Assembly: GCF_009914755.1 (NCBI RefSeq)
Contig: NC_060931.1
From: the human T2T-CHM13v2.0 reference genome, Homo sapiens
DNA: 64,000 nt
Reading direction: 5' to 3' (one strand)
Under the pieces are notes generated by a model. That model ran no database searches. It saw only the letters and a list, made by a program, of their open reading frames with translations, and was not told the DNA's origin. The stretch's first letter is position 1. Each line of letters starts with the position of its first letter. A program made the translations under genes and the position numbers. Shown here piece by piece: positions 12,990 to 28,024 of this stretch.

Positions 12990-13554
12990 TTATATAGTAT
13001 ATACATACACTGAAATATTATTCAGCTTTAAAAAACAAGGAAATCCTGTCACTTGAGACAACATAGATGATCTGGAGGACATTATGTTCAGTAAAATAAA
13101 CCAGACACAGAAAGACAAACACTATATGATGTTACCTACATGTGGGTTAAAAATAGTAAAACTCACAGAGAGTAGAAGAGTGGTTGCCAGGGGATAAGGG
13201 GAAGGGGAAATGGGGATATGATGGTCAAAGGGGGCAACATCTCAGTTATGCAAGATAAATAAGTCCTGGAGAGCTAGTATCAAGCACAGTGCCTATAGCT
13301 AATGATACTACATTGCATATTACAATTTCCTAAGTAGATAGTTCTTAACCACAGAGACACACAGATACACACATGCACACACAGAAAATAATAGAGTGGG
13401 AGGAAACATTGGGAACTGATAGATATGTTTATTGCCTTGATGGTGATGATGGTTTCACCAGCACACTTATCCCTAAACTCATTGCATTGTTTACATTAAA
13501 TGTGTACAGCTTTTTCTATATTAATTATACCTCAATAAAGCAGTTTTTAAAAAA
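12990..13554 (+). mobile_element. L1MB-type 3' end fragment
   Basis: AAGGAAATCCTGTCAC...GTGGTTGCCAGGGG...TATACCTCAATAAAGC. Confidence 0.85.
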
Positions 13555-13689
13555 GTTTTAATTAGTTGCTTTTTCTGTTTTTCAAAAAATGTTATAAGTA
13601 TAGCTTTCTTATATATATTTAGATATTTCTTCCTAGGGTCATTGAATCTAAAATATGTGTAAATCTTCTTTGATACAGAGAAACTCCAG

Positions 13690-13870
13690 AAATATGGTAG
13701 AATACAGCAATAGACTTCAGGACGGAGGCCAAGTGTAAATTTAAACTCTACTGTTTATTAAATTTGTGGTCTTGGGTAAGTCTCCTTAACTCTCAGATGC
13801 AAGTCATTCATCTGTAAACAGTGAGATTCATAGACGTGTCTTCCCAATACTAAGCTGTATTGTGATATGA
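13690..13870 (+). mobile_element. MIR
   Basis: TGTGGTCTTGGGTAAGTCTCCTTAACTCTC...TTCATCTGTAAA core. Confidence 0.65.
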
Positions 13871-15226
13871 CTTAAACCTCTATATTAAAAATGAGCTGTA
13901 ATTTGCTTTAATTTACTATTTTATTCTGCATGGTCTTCTTATTTTAAATAAAATGTACATTTCCATTATTGTTTTTTAGTTGAATCGAAACCACTGAATC
14001 TTGATCATATCTAAAATTTTACTTTTACATCTTCTTGTTAAAATTACAATACCTTGTTCTTCATCACTTATTCCTAGTGTATAGACTACGGAGAACACAG
14101 AAAGTTTTCTGAAGCTCCTTCCTATTATATTATCATATAAATTACCAGGCATGTCTGTCTTGATCATACTTTCTTCATCAATCCCCATGTCTTTCTTGGT
14201 ATCCTGTTTTATAATTTTATCTAGGACTTTTTTCTCACTCCGATTCTAATTTAGATTTGAGTATTATTGATGAGATTGGAAATTCTCCAGGCAGGCATTT
14301 TCTTTCTCGTCCTCATTAGGAGCTCTCAGGTGCCCTAGCCAAGCGTCTATCACTTGGGTATATTCATGGTACAGAAAGCCAAATCACATTATGTGCTGCC
14401 AGCCAGCAACTGAGACAGAGATCCAAGCTCCACAGCATCCCTTATCTTCCAAATTTCCAACTTTCATTGGAAGCAAAGATGAAAATGCCACCTGTGTCCC
14501 AAGGTCCTTCATATTTAAAAAGTGGGAAAATGTATTAAAGATATGCCCTGATTTTGTCTTCTACCACGACACACTCATAGGCTATCTTCAGATCTCGACA
14601 GTATTTTATGTAGAATGTTATTTTATTTCACTCTCTTCAAAGTAGTCAGTTGAAGCTGGTATCGCTGTCCTGACCACAAGTGAGAAAATAAGCAGAGTTG
14701 TGAAGTGCTTTGCCCAAGGACCCACAGATTTTTAAAAGTAGACCAGATGGAGAATCCAGATCAGGTTTCAGCCTTCATTTCCAGCCAGCTTTTCAACATA
14801 GACATGGCACCACTTTTTAAAATTTTCCTGTCAGCTACTGATTATATTGTGTATTTCAACCAGAGATGCCATGTTTTGAAATATTTGTCTATCAAACAAA
14901 CCACATCTGTTGAGTTATAATTTATTTTCCACTTTTGCTAATCAAGCATGTATAGCTTCTCATCATCATTTTTGATGATCATGAGCTAAAAAACAAGTTA
15001 TTAAAAATAAGTTAAATAAACCTAATCAAAATAAATGTATCTTGGTATTTACATCAGTCATTATACAAGTAAATGCAAATTTTCTTTAGGCTTTTAAACA
15101 TTTTGAAAATGACAATGGCTTTGTTTCCAACATGAGTGAACCAGTTTAACTGTGGTTTACATCAGCCTGTGTAACTATGATCATACATCATTACTTGATA
15201 TTAGCCCTGGAATTAAAAGACAGATT

Positions 15227-15786
15227 ACCCAGCAATCCCATTTCTGGGTATATACCCAAAGGAAAATAAATCATTCTACCAAAAAGACACATGAACTGGT
15301 GTGCTTATCACAGCACTATCACAATAGCAAAGATATGGAATCAACCCAGGTGCCCATCAATGGTGGATTGGATAATGAAAATGTGATACATACATATATA
15401 TCTCATAGAATACTATGCAGCCACAAAAAATAAACAAAATTATGTTCCTTGCAGCAACATGGATGCAGCTAGAGGCCATTATCCTAAGTGAATTAATGCT
15501 GGAACAGAAAACTAAATACCATACACTATCATTTATACGTGAGAGCTAAGCATTGGGTACACTTCAACATAAAGAAGGGAATAATAGCTAGACACTGTGG
15601 ACTACTAAGTGGAGGAGACAGGAATGGGTTCAAGCCTAAAAAACTACTTATTGGGTACTGTGATCACTATCTGGGTGATAGGATCATTTGTACCCCCAAC
15701 TTCAGTGTCACACAATATACCCATGCAACACATCTGCACGTATACCCCCGAATGTAAAAGTTGAAATTATGAAAATTAAATAAAAA
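15227..15786 (+). mobile_element. 5'-truncated L1PA16-like element
   Basis: CCCAGCAATCCCATTTCTGGGTATATACCC...A-rich tail; TSD TAAAAGACA(G/A)ATT at 15214 and 15787. Confidence 0.88.
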
Positions 15787-16337
15787 TAAAAGACAAATTT
15801 GCACGATGTTTTACCCAGTATGTTAGCTGAAAATATGTAATGTTTTAGGTGAAAAAAGTCAGAAGTTATGCAAAAGATAAATTACACAGAAATTACAGGC
15901 ATACATGAAATATCAGCTCTGTGTATTTTTTTGGCAGTCCCAAGTACCTGAATGAATATGAACAGTTTTTGTTCTTATTTTCTGGTGAATGATTTTTTAC
16001 AATAATATGACATTATGAAGGATCTTCTAACATGAACATAACAACAGCAAAAATGGGCAAATGTCTCAAGGTTGTTAATGACAAATACGTGGTGGTAATC
16101 AATCAGTGTCAGCTCCCACTGTCACCAGCTGGCATAGCAGGCCTCGTCAACACAGCACTCTAAGAAACTACAATTTACCTATGAAGTTGGCACAAGAAAT
16201 GGTATCCATTTTTTTATTCTTGTTATAACTTTTGTATTTCTGACAATGTTTGTGATATCATTTTACATGAACCTCATACACATTCTACTACTCATTGGCA
16301 CCTCTTCCCACCTATTAATGTTTTGGCCAACATAAAA

Positions 16338-16848
16338 TTACTGGTTATCTATTGCTGTATCATGAACCACTGAAAAACTTAGTAGCTTTAAACAACAGCA
16401 GCAATATTTATTTTACTCATGAATTTACAACTTGGGTAGAGTTGGTGGCAGCAGTTCATTTGTGCTTTGTGTGCCATCAGCTGAAATGGCTCAGCTTAGA
16501 TTGAAGGAACTTCTTCCAAGACGGCCCACTCAATGGCTGGCAAGTTGATGCTGTTATCAGCTGAGAGCTCATCTGGGGCCTTACTTTCTCCTCATGTGGG
16601 CATTTCCATAGGTTACTGAGACTTTGACAGCACAGTGCCTGATCCCAAGTATGAATTTTCCATGACACAGGAAGTGAATGCAGCCAATCTTTTAGGTCCA
16701 GAGCCAAGAAACTGGTAACCTGTCACATTCCAATCATTCCATTGGTTGAAGCAGCCACAAAGCCAGCTCAGTTTTAAGAGGCAGAGACAGACTTCTCCTC
16801 TCAATGAGAAGAGAGCCATAGAATTTGTAGCCATCTTAATTTATTATG
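16338..16848 (-). mobile_element. MLT1G/H-type MaLR LTR
   Basis: GGTTATCTATTGCTG...AAACTTAGTAGCTTTAAACAAC...ATGGCTGGCAAGTTGATGCTG. Confidence 0.75.
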
Positions 16849-16951
16849 ATAATGTTATTTTTATCTCAAGTCAAGAGATAAGAGACAAGGAAGTATAATC
16901 GGTTATGGTGACTGCCTATCTAGTCTTCAAATATTTAGCCAACATGCATCA

Positions 16952-17146
<195 letters not shown>

Positions 17147-17739
17147 TTATACTATATCAGTTCTTTAATGATTTATTTTTTACATTCAAATGATTCAATG
17201 TTACTCAATAAGTGAATGTTTGCAAAATTATTCCAGATAGGTATAAACTTCTGATCGTAATCTTCTTGAGGACTCCAACTTGATATTTAAATCTCTATAT
17301 GCAGAGACAACTCATGTTTTTGTAAACATATATAAATTCATAGGAAAAGCCATGATAAATAATAGTGACAGTAATTGGTAGGAAAAAATATATATTGTTT
17401 GTAAAGATGTTTTATACATATGGACTTTTGTGGTCTGATATGCATACAGTTAACAAATGCATTTATTTTATATCTCTTGCATTGTTATCTATTTCTGTGT
17501 CAGAAGAAAGAAGGCATTTTGCCCCTTTTGTTCTTTCTACCTAAAACCAGTATATAATGAGCTATTTCATTTTTTCCTAGTCACGATCAAAGCATAATTT
17601 CAGTTTAATTTTGAGTTTTAAATTTTATACCTTTGACAGATTCCTTCTGAAAAGAATTTATCGTGCTGAAGAGAGTTATAAAATGCAGTGATTAAATATA
17701 TATAGGTAAATAGATATTTTAAGATAAATCTATCATATA

Positions 17740-17860
17740 TCTCTATATAGAGATCATTTATTACATATATACATATATGTATATATACATATGTGTGTGT
17801 ATGTATATATGTGTGTGTGTATATATATACATACATATATATATATGGAGAGAGAGAGAA
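17740..17860. repeat. (TA)n/(TG)n/(GA)n compound microsatellite
   Basis: Dinucleotide runs. Confidence 0.85.
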
Positions 17861-19524
17861 ATATTTTGTTTTTCCCTCAGGAGGGAAATGCATTTTCTCT
17901 CCTGGAGCAGAAGCATGTACAGGTTAAGAAAAAGATATTCTAAGTGGGTAGAATAGATGACTGACTATTCATCTGTTCTAGCTTCCGGTCCTGCAAGAAG
18001 TTTGGTGAATGATAGCTGAATATTTGAAGACTGGATAGAAAGCTACCATAATCAGCCATACTGCCTGTCTCTTTAGGATAGTCTTCAAGGAATCCAGCCA
18101 TTTTTCCTACCCACTGATGTTGCCACCTTCAGCAATTATATGTGTGTCTATGGGTTGAGGAATAATCCACTAAGCGCACATCAGTTAACAAATGGGTGAC
18201 TTTAGAGGAAGAAGTTTCAATAGAAGAAGTAAGAAGATGTCAAAGATGACATCCTGCCTCTTGTGGAAGATGGGTACAAACCGAGCTATGTAAAAACCTA
18301 GGAGAGTAATATTCTGGCTATCCTTTAAGACTATGTTCTTGAAATATTTGTTAATTAGTTATTTAGAGAAGACAGTGGATACTGCCTATACAAACTGTGA
18401 AAGGACCACTGGTTGCTCACTGCAGAGGTGTCGAGCCACCTGTTGTCCTTCACTTATAACACACCTGCCATTTCCTGGCCATTTCCTACCATACACCAAG
18501 CAACTTTTGGACAATTTCTTCCAAATACTTATACTGTTTACTGGAAAGGGCGTAAAGGAAACAATATATTCTCTGTCTCCTATGTTTCCAATGACATAGT
18601 AATGCCTTAGAAATATTTCAGTGTTTTAGGAAATTGTTTCTTAACCCAGGTTAGTATACAGAATAAGGGCCAAATTCCTTTATATGGGAAACAATACCCT
18701 TCGAAATCTGTGGCTTATATTTCCAAATTAATCTTTTGCTCCTCTTCATCTGGCACTCTTTGCTTCAGCATTTTTAAAACTCTGTGTGTTTTTTGTTGTT
18801 GTTTTGTTTTTCTTGTTTTTGTTTTGTTTTGGTTTTCTCTTGTTTTAACTAGTTGTTTTCTTATGCTTCAATCTTTTGTACATGAATTCCTAAGCTTGAA
18901 ATGCTGCTGCCCCTGTGGTTCGCCATGAAAAATAATTCAATTTAAAGTGATAACTTTAAACAATTTCCTTGACCTGTGTATCTCTTTTGTTGGGTGCTTT
19001 TGCCTTTTGGTCTGCATTTTTTTATTAACTTGTACATACCTCTGTAAGAACAGATAGTGTAAAATGTTCTTTAATATTTAATTTACTTTTCTAATTCTTT
19101 GAAGAAAACTGGTGTTTCATGTAGGTTAACTTTACATTCCCATCAGCTACCATACAATCGATATCCAATAAATATGAATGAACAGTGTTTGCTGATGGCC
19201 GACCTTGACTGAAGAATATTTAATAATTGAGTGGTTGAGAATTCTGAAAAACTTTTTGAAAACACTATGGAAATTGTCAGCCTCAATGCTGGCCTTCATA
19301 AGCAAGTACTCTTTGCTTAGGTTACTACATTCTCCCAACCATTTGAAACTGCTGTAAGATAATTATTTAGCATTTATATTATGCATGGGATCCCATCTAC
19401 AGGGACAGTTTTTCCTTCTTGTACTGCAGTATTTCTTATGCTATAATGAAAGAAAAAATTATTCTAAACCTGTACGTTTAGCTTAAGATTAATGTGTCTT
19501 TATCTTATCTAGGTGTTTTAATCC

Positions 19525-19735
19525 CCTTCCAGCCTTCTTTCCCTCCCTTCCTACATCCTTCCCTTCCTTCCTTCCTTTTCCTTCCTTCCTTTTTTCTTTC
19601 CTTCCTTATTCTTACTTCCTTCCCCTTCCTTCTTTCCTTCCTTCCTTCCTTCCCTCCCGCCCTCCTTCCTTCCTCCGTCCTTCCCTCCCTCCCTTCCTTT
19701 CTCTCTCTTTCTCTCTTTCTTTTTTCCTATTTCCT
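19525..19735. repeat. (TTCC)n/CT-rich polypyrimidine repeat
   Basis: About 200 bp almost entirely C/T. Confidence 0.93.
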
Positions 19736-20960
19736 TGCATTGCAAAGCCTTCCAAATAAAACTAAATTTAATCATGAAATTCACACAGGATATACAGTTA
19801 CAAATAATGGATTAGGATGTAATTAGCTATATGTGTGTGAGTACAATAAAATCTCATAATCAAATTATGTGTATCTGTAGTTGTAAAAACATAACATTGA
19901 AACACCATATAAATTAATTTAGAGCCATTTTTGATATTTTTGTTAGTATGTAATAATTGTTCATATTTATGGGGTACATCTATGGGATATAATCACGTGG
20001 AAATACATAAAAGTATTGCTAGCTTACTGATGGCTCTTAGACAATTACATGGCACCATGGACACATAACTTCTCCGAAAAAGGAGTTTCTCTTTTGAAAT
20101 GTGAGATGCAATGGGAGACCCTCAAATGGTCATATCTCCAAAGTTAACTCATTATGTCATTGTCTCAAAGTACCTGAATAAAGCTATTTTGAGCTTCAGT
20201 CCCCGACGGCATAAATTCTCATTTTCACATGAGTGGTTGCAACTATTCATATGTACTAAGATTTACTAAAGTATCTTTCTGTGGAGGATTATTATAAAAT
20301 ATTGCATTTTCTCAACTACTGGCAATCTAAGTACACCATACTTAAGAAGTCAAGTAAGAGTTTTGGATAATCGTTTTCCTTCCTCCAGAAACTTTATTTT
20401 TCTTTTAAATTTAAGGTGATTTATTGGGATATACTATTATCTAAAATGTCAAATGCAGACAAATTTAAATCTGAGAAACAAAATAAGCTTCAGAGTGGTG
20501 GGATAGGATGCAGAATCACATGAATCCAGAATGATTGATTTAAATACCCAGCATAACCTCATCTTAGTTTTGCTATAAATACAACAATTAAAACAGGCTC
20601 ATTTATTATCACCCCCAACCCATTCCAAACTTGCATACACCCTTTTAGGCAATGCCTGATTCCTGGTCTTGCAGGAAAGACTTCCTCTTCAACTCTTTTA
20701 CTTGGGTGATGCCTACTAATCCTTATTATCTCCACTAGGCAGTCTCCCTAATTCCCCAACCACGTGTACATTTTTTTTCTGTTCCCCGTAGTATCTTGTG
20801 AATATCTACCTCTACATTTAACAGTTTGCATTATAATAACTATTTTTTAAATATTTCTCAGTCACTATACTCTGAACTGTTGAGAGCTATACTGTATGTC
20901 TTTATAAATAGAATCAATACAATTTTGTTGGCTGATCAACAAACCAGGCAATATCAAATA

Positions 20961-21039
20961 TTATGTTGGTGCAAAAGCAATTGCAAATTTGCCATTATTT
21001 TTAATGGCAAAACCCACAATTACTTTTGCACCGACCTAA
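20961..21039. mobile_element. MADE1 (Hsmar1-derived MITE)
   Basis: TTATGTTGGTGCAAAAG...CTTTTGCACCGACCTAA inverted repeats, 79 bp, TA on both sides. Confidence 0.92.
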
Positions 21040-21617
21040 TAGAATAGAAACTAAGCCCAAGCAAAGTACAATAAGAAAATATAAGCTTTTGCTTAAATAA
21101 TTCTGATAATTAGTTTATTTTCTTCTGTTACAATATAATTTTACTTTAGTAAGTAATTTTACTTTAATAAAATTATAACTAGTAAAATTATAATGTTTAG
21201 GCAAATATAAAATATTTTTAATGATGATTTATTTAACTTATTAATTAATGAGGGAAATTTTAAGATAACCAAACTGGGCTAAATTGCAATTAAGGATTTA
21301 GATAAAGAGTATTTAATATATAATGTAAGGGCAATATTTTGAAATTTCATACAAAACTGAATGATGTCTGACAGAGAAACCGTATTTCTCTGCATATTGC
21401 CCTGGACAGAAATTAGTTTCATATTGAACACAAGTAACCTCATTTTATGAGGGCATCTCTCACTAGACAAAAGTCAAAACGTCACTCTTACTCTCTGCCC
21501 CACAGAGGTGTAACATAATCTAGAAATTGGAAAATCAAGCCCATCATTACACTGAGATACTACTCAGTGTCTATTTTACCTGTTTTCAACTTTTACGTAA
21601 CTTGTCTGACATTTAAG

Positions 21618-21862
21618 TTGAGGTTCTCGAATTCAAATGCCAACACATATCAGAAGGCAGTTGAAGTGCAACAATAAGGTAGGCCATGTTTGAACTTGGA
21701 GGCCAGCATATTCTGGTGCTTTAGGAAAATCCTGATATCAGAATTCTAGTGTAAAGACTTGTGATTTTAAGATTTGGTCAGTAATTTAAAATATTTTAAG
21801 ACTCTAGGCCAAACAAAGCTCTTTATGGTTCGTGGAGGCCAAAAGCCACCAGCTCGAGACCT
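21618..21862 (+). mobile_element. MER102-like hAT MITE
   Basis: GAATTCAAATGCC...GGCCAAACAAA...GCCACCAGCTCGAGACCT resembles the remembered MER102. Confidence 0.5.
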
Positions 21863-23199
21863 ACGTTGTAGAATCCAACAGGCAATCCAGCTTCCCTACA
21901 GAAACTGGATTTTATACACTGATTTCTTGCTCAGTACGCAGATTTTTTTTTTTTCTTGGCCTTTAGGAAACACTTCTGCTGTGGAAACCTTTTGAGAGCT
22001 AAACTTTTCCCTTACAAATTTGTCTCTGCCCTTTCTTAGTACACATCAGTGATGATATTTTTCTCTAGAGCAGTATCTTAAAAAGTCAATAGCCTACCAC
22101 CCACTCTGCAGAATCAATTGACCATAGTTAAATTTTTAAGTTAGCCTCATTTTTTCAAGACTATCAGAGATATATTTGTCTAAGTTTAATGTGTTTTTTT
22201 AAAAATAATTTTGTGTTTCCTTAGGAATTAGATAAGAAAAATTGTTGGAGCATGCCTCATTTATCCCCCTAGAATTTTAATTAAGGAATGTTTATATATA
22301 TTTTTAATATCTAAAAACAATTCAGTGAATGCCGTTTACAAATGGTTTGTGATATATACATTTCACTAGCATTCCAGAAATGTGTTAAAGCTTCTCTTAA
22401 TGATTCCTAAAATAATCATAGAATAATATACATGGACATCATAGTATATTATTTTGATCTTTTGAAAAGATAATGGAAAAATTGATATGCAAAGTTAACT
22501 ACAAACAGTATATAACTTATTGTCAATTCTGCAATTATCTTCTGGATTTTAATATATAAATACACAATAATTTCTGAAGTTTTAGAAATTTACAAATTAA
22601 AAAATAGAGATCACCTGCTGTGACAGAATTGGCCAGGAAGGTAAAATTTTAAAAATAGTTTTATTGTTTTCAATTGGTTTCTTAGTGAGCACAAAAATAT
22701 GGAGCAAAGACATCACTCAGGAAGGATCTAAGCTATATATGTATTGATTAGGATTCTCAAAATACAGAATTTTCTGAACATTTGCTTTCCCTAGTTAAAT
22801 GAGAGTTTCAACCACTTTATTTTAAATTAGTTGTGCAACTGGTATTTAAAAAAACAATAATAATAATAAAAAAAAAAACTCTTCTTACTGCCTAAGGAAA
22901 TGGCATCTATTGTGTGTGTGTGTGTATGAATAATCTAATTGAGTGTATAAACTACCACATTATAACCGCAAGCTGTATTGAAAAATAAATATCAGCTATA
23001 AGACTATGTTAACTTTTGTCTTTGTGGTACCTAATCTCCAAAGATGGCCTCAGTGACAGAGTCCTCACAGTCTTCATGTTTTTGTGTGGTTTCTTCCGAT
23101 ACTCAATTTGTGACTTGTTTAACCGATTGAGTACATGCAATGAAAAAAAAGACACTTTGACTCTTGCAGGTGTAGACCTTAAAAGGGGCCAGCCCTCTC

Positions 23200-23880
23200 T
23201 ACTTTTTAACATAATGTCTGATCTGCCACTTTTTTTCTCATTAAAAAAAAAATTGCTATCTCTACCTTCTTCCTCCCATTGCAAACGCCACTGAAAGTGA
23301 TTTTTGTCAAATTTACCTGTCATCTCCTTGTTTTAAATTCAATGAAACCATTTAAGTGCATAAATTATTCAACCTTTGTGTGGCACTGGAAACTTTCTTT
23401 TATTCCCAGTTTCTTAAAATAGCCTCTTTAGTTTCTTCCAGTTTTTGTCTTTGTCCAGTTGTTCTCACCCTGTTTGTGGATTACCCTCTTCCAGAGAATG
23501 TTGGTATTCTCATAGATCCACTATCTGCTTTCTCTTCTTATTCCACACATTCTCAAGTAATTTTATCTAGGCCCATGGCTTTAATCTCATGTTGCTGACT
23601 TCCCAAATTCCATCTCCATTACAATCCCATTTGCTTAGTTCCAGAATTTCTTACCCAGTTGCCAACAAGACAAGTTTATTGGACTTTTCTTCGGGGTCCT
23701 GAAACCAGCATACTCAAATCGCATTCATTCCTGTCCTCAGCACATTCCAGGTGAGAGCCCCGAAACCTCTTCTTATTCTAGAAATAGAACATCTAGTTGA
23801 ATAAGCCAGAAGCCAAGATTCATTCCTGGCTCTTCTCTCTTTCACTTTCCCTGCATGCATTGAACCTGTATTTTGTGCCC
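23200..23880 (+). mobile_element. L2 fragment
   Basis: CACTGAAAGTG...CCCATGGCTTTAA...TGCTGACTTCCCAAATTCCATCTCC...AAGCCAGAA L2 RT region. Confidence 0.65.
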
Positions 23881-24594
23881 TTTGTTTTAAATTTCACTTT
23901 AACAATTCAGTTTATTTCTACCTAACAACTTGTAATAAAACAGGTTGGTGTCATGGCAGAGAATGCAGAATAGTCAGTAGTTGAGTTCTGCTCAAACCAA
24001 TTCCAGATAGATAGGCTCACGGAAGAAGAACCAGGAAATCCAAGGGATAGGACAGGTCCTCAAATTTTTCTCTGCCTCAGAATTGTCTCAGTAATATGCA
24101 TTCACCAACATCTGGAGGACCCAAAGTTAGCTAAGGAGCAGATAATCTCAAGGAATCTTTGTCAGAACCATCCTCCAAAACAAGTGCTTAGCAAACTGCT
24201 CTATGTGACAGTGCATTATGATAAGAGCAAGTGGCCCTGTTTATGGGAGCTTTTGGATATTAACCAGTATCTCATCCCTTAAAGATAGATGTCCCTATAA
24301 GTGATTGTTGAAGGTGGAAAGTTAGAAGTAAGCAATAGTTTGAGACTATTTTAAGTTTACCCTCAACGAGCTGGAAATCAGTTATATTTTATTTGGTATT
24401 TACTCATTTTTCACCATTATGTAATTCAAGCTATAATTTCAGTACTACTTGTTGTTAACTACTTGCTATAGACAAGTAGATAAGTAAAGGCCTAAACAGT
24501 ATCTCAAAACTAAAAGAGGAGATTTCCTAAGTATACTGTCAGGAGCTTCCTGGCCATCGGGATATTTTTTAGTGTTGTCCTGTAGCATAGTCAA

Positions 24595-25297
24595 TCACCA
24601 AATTCTGTCAGTTCTGTCATCACAACATCTCTAGAGTAAATGTAATACATTATTCATTTTTCTGTTTTAGTTTAAGCCTTATTACGATCCAACTCAAATT
24701 ACTCGAATAATTTTCTAAATAGCCTTCCTGCTTCTAGTCCTGACCATCTGCAAGTCAATTCATTTGAAAGTTTTTCAAGAGGGAAAGCAGTTTACTTAAC
24801 CATGTCTCCACTCCACAGCTTCACCCCATCCCCAACTGTTCTAAACCTTGCTCTGCTCTCTAAGATAAAATCTAAATGTATTTGAATGGCTGATAGGGCC
24901 TTATCCAGTCAAGCCCTGGCCTATCTTGCTAGTCCCATCTCCTGCCACTATTTCTATTCCCACTTCATCATCCACTCCTCTCCCACTCCCAGTCCCATAC
25001 CTCCTGATTCATTCTGCTTAATTCCTGTGTTTCTCCCCAGACTCCAATGAGGCAGTACCTCTGTCAGCTTTCTCTGAACCTCATTAGGAGTCTACAGAGT
25101 TACCTATTCATATTGCTATCCGAGCGCAGAATACTTACTGAATTTCATTACACTCCTATGCTCACTTGGCTCTCTCTTCTACCTGCACCGAGTCTCTTGG
25201 GAATCCAGACCATCTTATTCATTCACTGCTTAGCATAATTCCTGTCCCTAGTGGACACGTAATAAATATCAGTTAAATATTCAATGAACAAATGAAT
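24595..25297 (+). mobile_element. L2 3' fragment
   Basis: CAATCACCAAATTCTGTCAGTTCT...AATAAATATCAGTTAAAT...ATGAACAAATGAAT. Confidence 0.65.
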
Positions 25298-25388
25298 CCT
25301 CTGTCCTCATAATATACTGCTTTATTTTATATTCTAAGACTATGCTTCAGAAAATATAGAAATCAACAATGCTATTCTGATTAAAGTA

Positions 25389-25389
<1 letters not shown>

Positions 25390-25422
<33 letters not shown>
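25390..25422. repeat. (TAA)11 microsatellite
   Basis: Perfect trinucleotide run. Confidence 0.97.
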
Positions 25423-25424
<2 letters not shown>

Positions 25425-26066
25425 TTTCTTTATCTCTGGACCTAAGATGTCAACACAGGTAAAACAAAAGCTATTTTTTAAGATATTAAACTTAGGCTAA
25501 AAAACAGAAAAATCCACTTAATGCAAACAGCAGCTACTTATCAAAATATAAATAAAGGAATATTATGGAGAAAATAATTCTCTAGTGTGCTTAATTCACC
25601 CGAGCCTCAACAGTTTCTGCTGAGTAAAAGCTATAATGCCCAATGAAGTTTTACATTTCCATAGAAAACAAAAATTATTTCCAGATGTTTGCTAAGAATA
25701 AAATATCTGTATGTATGCATAATTGGTATCAAAAAGCTAGCAAAAGCAATTAAAATAGCTTTCTGTATAATTTCTCAGATATTATGAATACATGGATGAA
25801 TACACAGGGAAAGAATTAAAGAGCATTACACTTTGTCAATGTTCTAAATAATGGAACATGCAATATATGTCCTAGAAAATGGAATTTGACTTAAACGGCA
25901 AAATAAAAGCCAAAGAGGATGAAATAAACAGAATCACTTTCTAAAATTTCATCTCTGTTCTAGATTCCTTATGGAATTTGCAGTAGGAAAAACTTAAATA
26001 TGCAATGAGTATATTAAAATCCAAAGGAAATATCAGTACTTACTTGGATTGGATATCAAAAACTAA

Positions 26067-26548
<482 letters not shown>

Positions 26549-27639
26549 ATATGCTCCATTTTTTACTTTATCTTCCTCAGGAGCAGTGGCTGGCAGTGAG
26601 TGTAGGGGAGATTGTGGCTTTCATCATATGCTCTCCTGAACTACTCATAATTTCTCACTTTTAATCCCTCTTCTGAATCTAAAGAATGCAGTGCTTTTGA
26701 AATATACTTTGTTTCTTCATCCATATTTCAAAGAAGCTATATTACAGTAACGTACATTTCTTCTAGTACTTAAATAACTGGAACTTATATGACACTTGGG
26801 ACAAAACTGGTTCATACTGAATTTTGCTATAATAAGAAAAGAGTTATGGCAAGTTTCCACCACATTGTAATCTTATATGTAGAAACTGTATAAAGGGTAT
26901 GCAAAAACAGTATGCAGATGAAAATTTTCACAATTCATATGCAGGACAACCACCTGTGGCTTTCATCACTTTCTCTTCATTTAAGCTAACTTCCCTTGCA
27001 AACTTCCATTTCCACTAATGCCAGAGACAGTTTAAACGAGCCAGTGAACGTTAACCTAGTCTCTTCTGGTTAACTGGAGCCCTTTCTTGTAAATGTTCCG
27101 TCTCATGAGCTGCTCCTCACTTTCTTATCCCCACCAATAAAGTAGCTGAGAGCATGTGGCTGCCATTGCAGCCTCAGGGCAGTGAGGATGAAATCTCTGT
27201 TTCCCGAGATGGGCCCTCGATGACATGGTTTTTCCGACGTGTGGTAAGGTCATGAAACACATGCCCAGCAAATCACATGATGTCATTGTCTCCTCTCTAA
27301 CCACACTGACTCAGTGACTGGTCAGAACTACTCGAGTAGAGCATGCAGACTGCCTCTGGACTACCAGCTGATTTTACTGGTCCTCAAATGACATATCTAC
27401 CGATATTGGGAGCAAGAGTTGGAACACATTTTTATCAACTTCACGTTGGGGCAACATTCAAGACTGTGATCTATGGGCTTGTACCATTAAACAGGGTATT
27501 GTTCAGTTCAGGTAATGCCAGACTCACTTCTGTGGATTACACACTGGCCATGCACAGTGCGATCAAATATCGGACCTTGAGGGGTTGGATAAAATCCTGT
27601 TTTGTCACCAGAGATAGCTTGAGAATCATTTTCTTATGA

Positions 27640-27900
27640 GATATACCCATTTTCACAGCTGTAAACACCATTACTATGCTGAAAACTCTCTAATTTATAA
27701 CTCTACCCCAGATCTGTCTTCTGAGCTCCCAACTCAGCAAATTGCATACTCAATAATTTCATTTGCATGTAATAAGCTCCCCAAACTTAATATGTTAAAA
27801 ACCAAATTTCTGACCCCCACTCCAACAAAATAAAACAAAATGAAACTAAAACCTGATCCTTCTCAGTCTTTCCATCTTAGAAATGACAACTTTGTTCTTT
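27640..27900 (+). mobile_element. L2 fragment
   Basis: CCCCAGATCTGTCTTCTGAGCTCC...CCCAAACTTAATATGTTAAAAAC. Confidence 0.6.
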
Positions 27901-28024
27901 TATTCATACAAAATTAGTGAATTCATCAAGAAGATTTTTATCTTTTATTACCACCCTGGTCCAGATCTGACCTCTCTCTATCCTCCTGTTGCAATCTCCT
28001 TTAGAACCTTAGGCAAAGGAATCA

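Noticed and set aside
16098-16135. PBX/MEIS-like motifs AATCAATCA and TGTCA
   Set aside because: Too short to support a regulatory call without conservation data.
18062-18235. Plus-strand acceptor CTGTCTCTTTAG with a short open frame
   Set aside because: Peptide unrecognised and no partner exons; such sites are frequent by chance.
19494-19826. ORFs over the CT-rich repeat, and similar ORFs over TA/TG repeats and Alus
   Set aside because: Low-complexity or Alu-derived translation artefacts.
23949-24210. TGTCA...TGACA-bounded segment between L2 pieces (possible ancient LTR)
   Set aside because: No TSD and no family I can recognise.
27343-27639. 98-aa ORF in unique sequence
   Set aside because: No recognisable domain or gene structure; the length is compatible with chance.
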